Positions 35,896 to 44,794 of a DNA stretch of 64,000 nt are shown in pieces. Position 1 is the first letter of the stretch; each line of letters opens with the position of its first letter. Position numbers and translations under genes: made by a program. The stretch covers positions 97,979 through 161,978 of the forward strand of contig CAYTWT010000257.1 of assembly GCA_964442185.1 (NCBI GenBank). Reading direction: 5' to 3'. This DNA is from an uncultured Acidobacteriota bacterium (lineage in GTDB: Bacteria; Acidobacteriota; Vicinamibacteria; Fen-336). The notes beneath the pieces are model-generated. The model did not search any database and had not been told where the DNA came from. It was given only the letters and a program-made list of their open reading frames with translations.

Positions 35896-38444
35896 CAGTG
35901 GTTCGCCGTGAGGCGCAGGCGATCCAGCATCACGCCCAGATCGCGCGTGTCCGTAGCCCCGGGCAGGACGTTGGCTGGCCGCCAAGCGTTCACGTCGAAG
36001 CGCAGCACCGGTGGACCAGGGGGGAGCGTCTCGGGCAGCCGCAAGGAGTATTCGTCGAACCCGGTCGTCGGCGTGAAGGCGCCGAGCTCGGCGCCCGAGA
36101 GTGAAGCTCGCACCACTGCAGGCTTGAGGTCCGGGCGTGCTCCTGCAGCGGCTGTGACCACGAGTGTGTCGCCACCCCTTGCGCCGGGCAGGTAGACCGA
36201 GGCGCACGCCCCGGTCCAGCGAAACGTAAGGTCCCCGCCTCCCTCCTTGTCGAACAACCCCGAGACCTGGAAGTCATCGGAGCCGCCGAGGTCGACCTCG
36301 CGCAACGGCGGCACCTGGAGCTCTTCGGGCGGCACAACGCGCGAGACCGTGAAGTGCAGGGCGCGGAACTCGGGCCGCTCCGGCGGCCGGCCGTAGGCAC
36401 GCTCCCACTCGTAGGTTCCGAAGGAGTAATTCTCGACGCGCTCCAGGAACAAGCCGCACAGGTCAGTGCGGTAAGTGTGGACAAAATACAGGTTGCGATA
36501 AACGGGGCGCCAACTCGTCACGAGATGCCGCAATTTCTCGGGATCCGGGTTGAAGCGTGCGAGCTCGAGCACGCTCACTCCGTGGACGGCCCACAAGGGC
36601 AGCGACAGCAGGTGAATGCTCTGGACCTGCTCGAAGATCACGATGTCGTCGGGCCCGAAGCGTCGCGCTACGTCGTCGACGAAGCGCACGGCGTTCTTCC
36701 AATCCGTGAAGCCCGCGATGCGGGCCGTGTCTCGAGCGAAGGCAAGCAGCAGTGCCAGCGCGAGCGCGCCGGCGGCCACGCGCCGTAGCCCGCCCCGGCC
36801 CGCGAGGCGCACCAGGAAGAAGGCCGCGAGGCCGAGCAGGCACGGCAGGATCACCGGCACGAAGCGGCGCAAGGCGAAGTAGTAGTCGTTGTAGATGCGG
36901 ATCTTGTAGAAGTAGAAGCTCGAGAAGGAGAGTGCCGCGAGCAAGAAGAACAGATAGCGTCCGCGAAACTGCCGAATCGCGAGCAGCAGGCCGAGGATCC
37001 CGAGGCCAAGCCCGAGCGGCGTCACGAACCAACCCAGCCTCACAAGCGACTGGGCGTCGTGGGCGGCGAGCCGCGAGAAGCCCAGCCTGCCGAGCACTCC
37101 GGCATCCTGCCAGGCGAGAGCGGGATCATTGCCGTCGGCGCCGGCCCAGGCGGAGAACAACGGCCGGACGAAGTAGGCGTAGGCCGCGACGAAAACGACC
37201 AGAGCCATCGCGCCCGAGCGCAGCCTCTCGGTGCGGCCCTCGAGCCAGAGCACCAGGCGCGGGCCATAGCGACTCGCGGCCAGCATGAAGCCGAGCGCCA
37301 GAACGCCGCAGGCGATCCACACCGCCGGCGGCTGCCGCCAGTACGGACGCGACGCGATGTTGTCGATGTACTTCCGCGCGAACAGGGCGGCGTGCAGAGC
37401 GGCGTGGGCCAACAGGGCCGCCAGCGGAACGAGCGCGGCCGCGGCTCTTCGCCAGGGCAGATCGCCATGGGCGCGCCGGATCAGCACGTAGAGCGCGAGC
37501 GGCGCCAGCAGCAGCACGCTGTCGATGCGGACCAGCAGCGACAGGCCGAGTGCCAACCCGAAGAGGGCGCCGAAGAATGGCGACGCGCGCTCCTCCCAGT
37601 GCGCCAGCCCCAGCAGAGCGACGAAGACGAGGAACTGCGAGACGGGCTCGGACACCGGATAACGCGCGAACCAGACCTGCATGACGTTGCTGGCGAGCAG
37701 CAGCGCGCCCAGCAGCGCCGTGGCATCGCCGAACAGGCGCCGCATCGCCAGGAAGAAGCCGAGCGTGCCGAGGATCCCGAAGACCGGAGGCGTCGCGAGC
37801 GCGCCCTTCACGCCCATGGCCTGGAACAAGAAAGCCCCGAAGGCGGGAAACAGGTGGAAGAACTCGGGGAAGACGCGGCCCGACTCCGGACGCTCCAGGG
37901 GGAAGCCCATGAAGCGGCCCCAGTTGAAGTCGGGGCTCCCGGGGTTGCGATAGAACAGCTCGACGTCCTGCTTCGGGATCGAGAGCACGGCAGGGTCGGT
38001 GTAGGCAATCCCGCCCGTGCGCGCGATCAAGCCCATGGCGCCGATGTAGGTGCCCGGATCGCGTCCACCTAGCAGGTACTCGCCGGGTCGCGCCTGCATG
38101 CCAAAGGCGAGCAACAGCACGATCAGGGCGGGAGCGGCATCCGTAGCCGAACCAAGGCGCGGGAACGGCGCCGCGAGCCGGCGCCTCCCGAAAACCAGCG
38201 CCGCGAGGCTCGCCGCGCCGAGAATCGCGGCCGCGCTGACGAGCGAGAAGCGCCCCATCTCCGCGAGCACCAGCCCGACCCACGACGCGGCCATGACGCT
38301 GACCGCGACCGACAGGAACAGCGCCTCGTCGAGGCGCAGCGCATCCCTCTCGCGTTTGCCCAGCAGCGCCAGGAAGACGAGGCCGGGAACGACGAATAGA
38401 AAGAGCCCGGCCACCGTCGCCGTGGCGGGGTCGACCAGATTCAC
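35895..38444 (-). CDS. 849-aa polytopic membrane protein, GT-C-like, with a C-terminal extracytoplasmic domain
   Basis: At least 13 predicted TM helices over ~600 aa, then a ~230-aa soluble C-terminus. No recognisable catalytic family beyond this architecture. Confidence 0.55.
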   Translation of the reverse strand: MNLVDPATATVAGLFLFVVPGLVFLALLGKRERDALRLDEALFLSVAVSVMAASWVGLVLAEMGRFSLVSAAAILGAASLAALVFGRRRLAAPFPRLGSATDAAPALIVLLLAFGMQARPGEYLLGGRDPGTYIGAMGLIARTGGIAYTDPAVLSIPKQDVELFYRNPGSPDFNWGRFMGFPLERPESGRVFPEFFHLFPAFGAFLFQAMGVKGALATPPVFGILGTLGFFLAMRRLFGDATALLGALLLASNVMQVWFARYPVSEPVSQFLVFVALLGLAHWEERASPFFGALFGLALGLSLLVRIDSVLLLAPLALYVLIRRAHGDLPWRRAAAALVPLAALLAHAALHAALFARKYIDNIASRPYWRQPPAVWIACGVLALGFMLAASRYGPRLVLWLEGRTERLRSGAMALVVFVAAYAYFVRPLFSAWAGADGNDPALAWQDAGVLGRLGFSRLAAHDAQSLVRLGWFVTPLGLGLGILGLLLAIRQFRGRYLFFLLAALSFSSFYFYKIRIYNDYYFALRRFVPVILPCLLGLAAFFLVRLAGRGGLRRVAAGALALALLLAFARDTARIAGFTDWKNAVRFVDDVARRFGPDDIVIFEQVQSIHLLSLPLWAVHGVSVLELARFNPDPEKLRHLVTSWRPVYRNLYFVHTYRTDLCGLFLERVENYSFGTYEWERAYGRPPERPEFRALHFTVSRVVPPEELQVPPLREVDLGGSDDFQVSGLFDKEGGGDLTFRWTGACASVYLPGARGGDTLVVTAAAGARPDLKPAVVRASLSGAELGAFTPTTGFDEYSLRLPETLPPGPPVLRFDVNAWRPANVLPGATDTRDLGVMLDRLRLTANH

Positions 38445-39556
38445 GCCGGCAGGGAGCGCAAGGCCTCCCGCAGCGCCGCCACCACGGCGCCCACCTGCGC
38501 GTCAGTCATTTCCGGATAGATCGGCAGCGAGAAGATCTCCCGTGCCGCCTGCTCGGCCACGGGCAGATCGCCCGGCTTCCCGCCCAGGGATGCGAAGGCC
38601 GGTTGCAAGTGCAGCGGGATCGGGTAGTGGATCAGCGTGCCGACGCCACGCCCCTTCAAGGCGGCCATCAGCGAGTCGCGAAGTGCGTGGCGCACCACAT
38701 ACAGATGATAGACGGCGCGGGCGTACGGCTGTTCCTCGGGGAGCTGTAGCCCGATGCCCGCAAGGCCGTCCGCGTAAGCGGCGGCGATCTGCCGCCGCCT
38801 CCCGGTCCAGTTGGGCAGATGCCGGAGCTTCACGCGCAGGATCGCGGCCTGCATCTCGTCCAGGCGGCTGTTGATCCCGGAGAGCTCGTGCCGGTAGCGA
38901 TCGCTCTGCCCGCCGTTTCTGAGCTGGCGGAGTCGCGGCGCGAGCGAGAGGTCGTTCACCAGCACGGCGCCGCCGTCTCCGAAGGCGCCCAGGTTCTTGG
39001 TCGGATAGTACGAATGCGTTCCGAGGGCGCCGAGCGTTCCGACCGTCTGACCCTTGTACTCCGCGCCGTGGGACTGGCAGGCGTCTTCGACGACAACGAG
39101 ACCACGCCGTTCGGCGCTCTCGAGGATCGGATCGAGGTCGACGGGGTGGCCGTAAAGGTGCACCGGGAGGATCGCCCTGGTGCGCTTCGTGATCGCCCGT
39201 TCGACCGCGCCGGGCGCGAGGTTCAGCGTCCTGGGATCGAGGTCGGCGAACACGGGCCGCGCCCCCGCCCGCTCGATGGCGAGGGCGGTAAACGCCGCTG
39301 AGAGCGGCGAAGTGACGACCTCGTCGCCGCGCCCCACGCCCGTGGCCTCGAGCGCCAACTGGATGGCCTCCGTTCCATTCGCCACCGCCACCACGTCGGG
39401 GCAGCCCATCTGGGCCGCAAGCTCTCGTTCGAAGGCTTCATTCTCGGGACCGAGGATGAACCAGCCGGATTCCAGGACGCGCGCGATCGCGGCATCGATC
39501 TCGGCCCGGATCGGTGCCAGCTGGGCGCGGAAATCGCCGAACGGAACAGCGCTCAC
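38441..39556 (-). CDS. DegT/DnrJ/EryC1/StrS-family PLP-dependent sugar aminotransferase
   Basis: VANGTEAIQLAL...DACQSHGAEYKG...HSYYPTKNLGAFGDGG. GTG at 39556-39554 overlaps TGA 39555-39553 (verified). The ORF-track N-terminal 300 aa are artefact. Confidence 0.8.
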   Translation of the reverse strand: MSAVPFGDFRAQLAPIRAEIDAAIARVLESGWFILGPENEAFERELAAQMGCPDVVAVANGTEAIQLALEATGVGRGDEVVTSPLSAAFTALAIERAGARPVFADLDPRTLNLAPGAVERAITKRTRAILPVHLYGHPVDLDPILESAERRGLVVVEDACQSHGAEYKGQTVGTLGALGTHSYYPTKNLGAFGDGGAVLVNDLSLAPRLRQLRNGGQSDRYRHELSGINSRLDEMQAAILRVKLRHLPNWTGRRRQIAAAYADGLAGIGLQLPEEQPYARAVYHLYVVRHALRDSLMAALKGRGVGTLIHYPIPLHLQPAFASLGGKPGDLPVAEQAAREIFSLPIYPEMTDAQVGAVVAALREALRSLPA

Positions 39557-40548
39557 AGGTAGTGCTGCTTGTGGGCGCGATAGTAGGCGATGGTCTTTTC
39601 CAGGCCTTCGCGCAGACCGATGCGGGGCTTCCAGCCCAGCGCCGCATGGATCCGCGAGGCGTCGGCGTAGAAGTCGCCGATGTCGATGCGCTTCCGCTCG
39701 GGCGGAAACGGCGCCAGGCGCAGCGAGCCCTGGCCCGCGATCTCGATCATCAGCTTCGCCAGATCGGCGAGCGAAACCGGCGCCTCGCCACCGAGGTTGA
39801 AGACCTGGCCGTCGGCGGCCTGCATCGCCCCCGCACGCAAGAACGCATCGACCACGTCGTCGATGTAGTCGAAATCGCGGCGCTGGCTGCCGTCGCCGAA
39901 CAACTGGATCTCCTCGCCCAAGCTCACCTGGCGCACGAACCAGCCGATGAAGCCCTGGCGATTGTGGCGGATCAACTGGCGCGGACCGTAGCTGTTGGTG
40001 AGCCGCAACGAGGTGGTGCGGATGCCGTACACCGAGTGGTACACGAGGTGATACATCTCGCCCGAGATCTTGTTGATGCCATTCACGTCGATGGGCTGGA
40101 GCGGATGGGTTTCGTCGACGGGCAGTCGTTGGGGCTTTCCGTAGACCTGGCGGGTTCCCGCGTAGACGATCTTGAGGCCCGGGTTGCCCTTGCGCACGGC
40201 CTCGAGGATCGACAACTGGCTCCGGCAGTTGATCTCCAGGTCGGTGAACGGGTCCGTCATCGAATCGATGTGGCTCACCTGGCCCGCCAGGTTGAAGAGC
40301 AGCTCCTGGCCGAGTACCAGGTACTCCATGCCGTGGCCCCGAACGTCGGCGACGTTGATGCGGAGCTTGTCCTCGTAGCCTGCGAGGTTGAAGAGATTCC
40401 CGCCGTAGTCGGGGAGCAGGCTGTCGACCGCGGTGACGTCGGCGCCCAGATCGGCGAGCGTCCGGCACAGGTTCGAACCGATGAACCCGAGGCCGCCCGT
40501 GACCAGGACCTTGCGACCCCGGTAGAAATCGCGATGCGCCTCGCTCAA
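39553..40548 (-). CDS. NAD-dependent sugar 4,6-dehydratase/epimerase (SDR)
   Basis: FYRGRKVLVTGGLGFIGSNL...SGEMYHLVYHSVYG. TTG at 40548-40546 overlaps TGA 40547-40545 (verified). Confidence 0.75.
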   Translation of the reverse strand: MSEAHRDFYRGRKVLVTGGLGFIGSNLCRTLADLGADVTAVDSLLPDYGGNLFNLAGYEDKLRINVADVRGHGMEYLVLGQELLFNLAGQVSHIDSMTDPFTDLEINCRSQLSILEAVRKGNPGLKIVYAGTRQVYGKPQRLPVDETHPLQPIDVNGINKISGEMYHLVYHSVYGIRTTSLRLTNSYGPRQLIRHNRQGFIGWFVRQVSLGEEIQLFGDGSQRRDFDYIDDVVDAFLRAGAMQAADGQVFNLGGEAPVSLADLAKLMIEIAGQGSLRLAPFPPERKRIDIGDFYADASRIHAALGWKPRIGLREGLEKTIAYYRAHKQHYL

Positions 40549-41291
40549 CGCCGCCCCGCGGCGGCCTGGGCGGCGGGGGCCTTCAAGTGTTCCTTCCTCA
40601 CCACCAGCTCGAACCACAGCCGAGTCAGATCGACGAGCGTACGCGCGACGCGCGAGAAGTTGAAGAACTGGCTCTTGCCGTGGGAGCGGTGGTAGTGGTG
40701 CACGGGCACTTGCGCGATTCTAAAACCATGGTCCTGGACCTTCTTCATGAGCTCGACGCAGATCACGCCCGAGCTGCGCGTCAGGGTCACCTTTCGGAAG
40801 ATATCGCGTCGCATCAGGCGGAAGTCGCAGTCCACGTCCCGCAACCGCAGCCCGAACACGCTCCGCACGAACCAGTGATAGACGCGGCCGATCACGATCC
40901 GGTGCAGCGGATCGGAGCGGCCGATCTTGTAGCCGTTCACGAAATCGACGTCTGGGCCGAAGGCCTGGTAGAGTCTGGTCATCTCGCGCGGGTCGTACTG
41001 GGCGTCGCCGTCGGTGTAGAAGACCAGCTCCTTCGAGGCGGCTTCGAAGCCGCTGCGCAGCGCCCCGCCGTAGCCCCGGTTCTTCACGTGGTGAACGACC
41101 TTGAGCCATGGGAAGTGCTGGACCATCTCGTCCAGTAGCGCGCCCGTGTGGTCAGGGCCGCCGTCGTCGATCACGATCACCTCGTAGTCGTCGGCGATGC
41201 TGCGTGCCGTCATGTGGGCCGCGAGGCAGAGGCTCGCGATGGTGGCGGCGTCGTTGTAGGCGGGAAAGAAGATGGAGAGTGAGGGCTTCAC
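40545..41291 (-). CDS. GT2 polyprenyl-phosphate glycosyltransferase-like (DPM1/GtrB-like)
   Basis: SIFFPAYNDAATI...VIVIDDGGPDHTG...YTDGDAQYDP. Confidence 0.75.
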   Translation of the reverse strand: MKPSLSIFFPAYNDAATIASLCLAAHMTARSIADDYEVIVIDDGGPDHTGALLDEMVQHFPWLKVVHHVKNRGYGGALRSGFEAASKELVFYTDGDAQYDPREMTRLYQAFGPDVDFVNGYKIGRSDPLHRIVIGRVYHWFVRSVFGLRLRDVDCDFRLMRRDIFRKVTLTRSSGVICVELMKKVQDHGFRIAQVPVHHYHRSHGKSQFFNFSRVARTLVDLTRLWFELVVRKEHLKAPAAQAAAGRR

Positions 41292-41345
41292 GGGAAGAGC
41301 ACGCCTTTATGGAAAAAAGACGCTAACACGCGCGCTCTTTCGGGG

Positions 41346-43949
41346 TCAAACACGCCGCACCAGCAGGCTCGCAAGGCCCAGGCCCGCCACGCCGGCGAGG
41401 CCGAGGCCGACCATGAACCCGGGTGGCCGATGCCGAAGCTGCACGCGGTGCGTCCCAGGCCTGAGAACCACGCCCAGAGAGGCCTGGTTCACGCGCAGCA
41501 GAGGCGCCGACGTGTCGTCGAGTGAAGCGCTCCAGCCGGGATCCCAGCTCTCGGCGATCACCAGCACACCCGGACCCTCGGCGCGCACTTCGAGCGAGGA
41601 AGCCGAGGCGCTCACGACCGCGGCGCGCGAGGCGCGCCCGTCCGTGGGAAGGACGATGCCCGTGACATCGGAAGCGCTCACCAGCGCCTCGCGGCGGAGA
41701 TCGATGCCAGCCGTTTCGGGGATGCGCAGGTTTTCCACGACCGCGACATCCGTAGGCAAGACACGGAGCGACTCGACGACGTAGGCGCGTCCCTGCCCGC
41801 CGACGACTTCGTAGAGCCGGACCGACGGTGTCGCCGCCAGCTCGCGCAGGTGAGCTTCGTCGCTGACGTAGCCGCTCGCCAGTGATACCGGCGTGTAGCG
41901 TCCGGTGGCCGTATCCAGCAGCGCCATTCGCGCGAGCGTGAGCCGGCCACGGCCGGGTCCCCGGACGACGCGCACGCTGTCGACGTAGAAGCGCGAGGGC
42001 AGACGCAGGATGCCGAGATAGCGGTGCGCCGTGAAACCTCCAGGCCCGCGCCAACTTTCGAGGAGCGGGGCACGCTCATGGCGGACCAGCGGCCGGACAT
42101 CGGCGCGATCGAAGGCCCATTCGGCGGTCTCGAGGCCGGCGCGCAGCGGCAGGCGTGCCTCGCGACCGGAGGCGAGTCGTACCCGCACTTCCGCAACGAC
42201 TTCACCTTGCTCCAGCTCGACCGCGTCGGAAAGCCAGGACCCAAAGCGCAGCTCGGTGGCGGCGCTGAGCGGGACCGGGAAGGTGCGGCTCTCGCCAGGG
42301 CCGAGCACGAGGTCCAGGGTGTCGCCCAGGCCCCAACCGTCCGGCTCGGCGCGCAGCGCTGAGGAAGGCACCTGGAGCAGCCGCACGCCCTGTGCCGACA
42401 GCCGCGCCGGCTGCGAGCGCAAGAAGCCGCCGCTGAGCGTACCGCCCACCCCCATGCCATCCCAGGCAGCGCGGGTTCGCAGCGGGACCATCGGGTCGTA
42501 GCCCCCCGCGCTGCGCCGGCCACGCAGCGAGCCCAGGTTGCCGAAAGCGAGGTCGAGGGCCTCGAGGGCTGGCCAAGCGCGCGTCAAGCTCAGCACGCGT
42601 TCGCCCACGAGCGCCCCCATCGCGTGTTCGAGCGAGGCGCTCGTCGGCGTGCCGGCCTCGAGAACGCTGCGTGTCGGCGCGCTGTTCCACAGCCCGCGAG
42701 CATGGGGCTGAAGGAAGAAGGCCGCAGTGAAGGGTAGCAGCCACACGGCGGCGACGCCGGGCTGGGGCGAGCCGGCGAGCGTGAAGTACAGGATCATCGC
42801 CAGCGCCAGAACCCCCACGGCTCCCGCGAGCGTATCGGGGAGCGGTCCGAGTATGGCTGCCGAAACCGCCAGCCCCGCGCACGAGGCCAGCGAGGCAAAC
42901 AGCGTATAGGCTCGCAGACGCCGACCGAGCCCCTCGCGCCGTTCGGACCACTGCGCCGACAGCGACAAACCGGCCAGCACCGCCAGGGACAGATCGAAGA
43001 CGAGCGCCAGCGCCCCCGGCGCCGAGAGCGGCCCGCGTCCAAACTGCAAGGCGAGGCACAACCCGAGCGCCACGCCGAAGACGCGCACCGGCGTCTGCGT
43101 CAGCAGCAGCGGCAGCGCTGCGAGCGCGAACGCGGGCGCGGGTGAGTGGGAGACGTAGCGCAGGACGAGGCCGGTGAGGCCCGGGACGCCGGCCGACTCG
43201 GTCGGAAGCCCAGTCAGCGCCCGGCCTGCCTCTCGGGCCGCCAAAAGCGAGGGCAGCAACTGGGGTGCGGCGAGCAGGAAGCCGGCGCCGACCACGAGCA
43301 GGGACGTGAGGACGCGCGGTCGCGCGCCCGAGCCCCGAAACAAATGGCCCACGGCGAGCCGACCCACGACGAGCGCGAGCCCAGCGCGCCCGGCTTCGGG
43401 CGAGCCGGACAAGAACAACAGCGCGAGCGCGATGGCGAGCCCTGCGCTGCGCCGAGCGGTCGTCGCACGCATATGCCCCTCGGCCGCGAGCAACACGAGC
43501 GGCAGAAGTGGCGCGGCGACGATCGTGGCCGCGTCGTCCAGGTGCCCCACGAGATAGGGGCCAAGGCCGAAGCACAAGCCACCCACGTACGCGCCGATGC
43601 GATTTGTGCCGAGCCCTCGCAGATACACGAAGGTCAGCACCGCCGCCGCCGCCAGCGACGCGGTCAGCAGCAGTTGAAACGCGTCGAAAGGCGGCAGCCA
43701 CGCGAGCGCCAGCATCGGCGGATACAGCGCGCCGGGCCGGTACGCAGCCAGCAGTGGAGCGCCCGAGAAGATGGCACCGTTCCAGCTCGGCAGTTCGCCG
43801 TGGCGAAAGGCCTGCCACACGGCGGCGCGCAGGGGGAAGTGCAGGAATGCCCCGTCCCCGGGACTCACGATACGGCCTTCCAGCAGCGGCGGCGAGAGCG
43901 CTATGACCGGCGCCAGGGCCAGGAGGGCGAGGACCAGCCTCTCCCTCAC
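41346..43949 (-). CDS. YfhO-like large membrane protein (GT-C-type, probably uses polyprenyl-phosphate-sugar)
   Basis: 867 aa with an N-terminal polytopic domain, a central soluble domain and a C-terminal TM helix. ATGA-coupled to the upstream GT2, as in csbB-yfhO pairs (inferred). Confidence 0.55.
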   Translation of the reverse strand: MRERLVLALLALAPVIALSPPLLEGRIVSPGDGAFLHFPLRAAVWQAFRHGELPSWNGAIFSGAPLLAAYRPGALYPPMLALAWLPPFDAFQLLLTASLAAAAVLTFVYLRGLGTNRIGAYVGGLCFGLGPYLVGHLDDAATIVAAPLLPLVLLAAEGHMRATTARRSAGLAIALALLFLSGSPEAGRAGLALVVGRLAVGHLFRGSGARPRVLTSLLVVGAGFLLAAPQLLPSLLAAREAGRALTGLPTESAGVPGLTGLVLRYVSHSPAPAFALAALPLLLTQTPVRVFGVALGLCLALQFGRGPLSAPGALALVFDLSLAVLAGLSLSAQWSERREGLGRRLRAYTLFASLASCAGLAVSAAILGPLPDTLAGAVGVLALAMILYFTLAGSPQPGVAAVWLLPFTAAFFLQPHARGLWNSAPTRSVLEAGTPTSASLEHAMGALVGERVLSLTRAWPALEALDLAFGNLGSLRGRRSAGGYDPMVPLRTRAAWDGMGVGGTLSGGFLRSQPARLSAQGVRLLQVPSSALRAEPDGWGLGDTLDLVLGPGESRTFPVPLSAATELRFGSWLSDAVELEQGEVVAEVRVRLASGREARLPLRAGLETAEWAFDRADVRPLVRHERAPLLESWRGPGGFTAHRYLGILRLPSRFYVDSVRVVRGPGRGRLTLARMALLDTATGRYTPVSLASGYVSDEAHLRELAATPSVRLYEVVGGQGRAYVVESLRVLPTDVAVVENLRIPETAGIDLRREALVSASDVTGIVLPTDGRASRAAVVSASASSLEVRAEGPGVLVIAESWDPGWSASLDDTSAPLLRVNQASLGVVLRPGTHRVQLRHRPPGFMVGLGLAGVAGLGLASLLVRRV

Positions 43950-44794
43950 TTACGATCCTGTCCCGCCGCGATCTGCTCCGAGATGAGCCCGAACAGGAAG
44001 ACCACTACCGCCAGCTGGATCAGCAGCGCCGAGCCCATCGGGATCTTGCCGCGGTTCGCCACGTTCCAGGCGCCGTAGGCTGCGCCCAACACGAAGGCCA
44101 GGGCGCTTACCGGGAAGAACACGCGCAGCGGGCTGTAGAGCGTGACGATCTTGAGAATGATGAGCAGGAAGCGCGTCCCGTCGCGCAGCACTCTGACCTT
44201 GCTCGTGCCCACGCGCGGGCGCGCCCGGACCCTGACGAAATCCACAGACAGCCCTGCCTTGAGGAACGCGAGGCAGGACGTGGTTGGATAGGAGAAACCG
44301 TTGGGAAGCAGGGGCAGGATCTCGAGCAGCCGTTCACGGCGCGCCGCGCGGAAGCCGGAGGTGAGATCGGGGATCGGCCGCCCCGTGAGCCAGGAGGCGA
44401 GCGCCTTGAAGAGCGCGTTGCCGAGCGCGCGCGTGAAGGACTGGTCCTTCGACGCCCGGGCGCCGATCACCATGTCGAAGCTGCCGATGGGCCCGTAGAT
44501 CGCAGGCGCCTCGCCGGGATCGTGTTGGCCGTCGGCATCCATCAGCAGCACGACCTCGCCGCGCGCCTCGCGGATCCCGGTCTTGACCGCAGCCCCGTTG
44601 CCCTTGTTGTAGGGGTGGCGAACCACGCGGGCGCCTGCAGCCGTCGCACGCGCGGCCGTCGCATCCGAAGAACCGTCGTCGACGACGAGAACCTCGCGGA
44701 AGCCACCCTCCAGCAGCGGCGCGAGCACGCCTGCGATGCCGTCCTCTTCATTGAAGGCGGGAATCACGACCGAGACGTCCTTCGCCTCAGCCAC
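43946..44794 (-). CDS. GT2 polyprenyl-phosphate glycosyltransferase (CsbB/GtrB-like)
   Basis: VSVVIPAFNEEDGI...VLVVDDGSSDATA...LMDADGQHDP plus C-terminal TM helices. Confidence 0.8.
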   Translation of the reverse strand: MAEAKDVSVVIPAFNEEDGIAGVLAPLLEGGFREVLVVDDGSSDATAARATAAGARVVRHPYNKGNGAAVKTGIREARGEVVLLMDADGQHDPGEAPAIYGPIGSFDMVIGARASKDQSFTRALGNALFKALASWLTGRPIPDLTSGFRAARRERLLEILPLLPNGFSYPTTSCLAFLKAGLSVDFVRVRARPRVGTSKVRVLRDGTRFLLIILKIVTLYSPLRVFFPVSALAFVLGAAYGAWNVANRGKIPMGSALLIQLAVVVFLFGLISEQIAAGQDRK

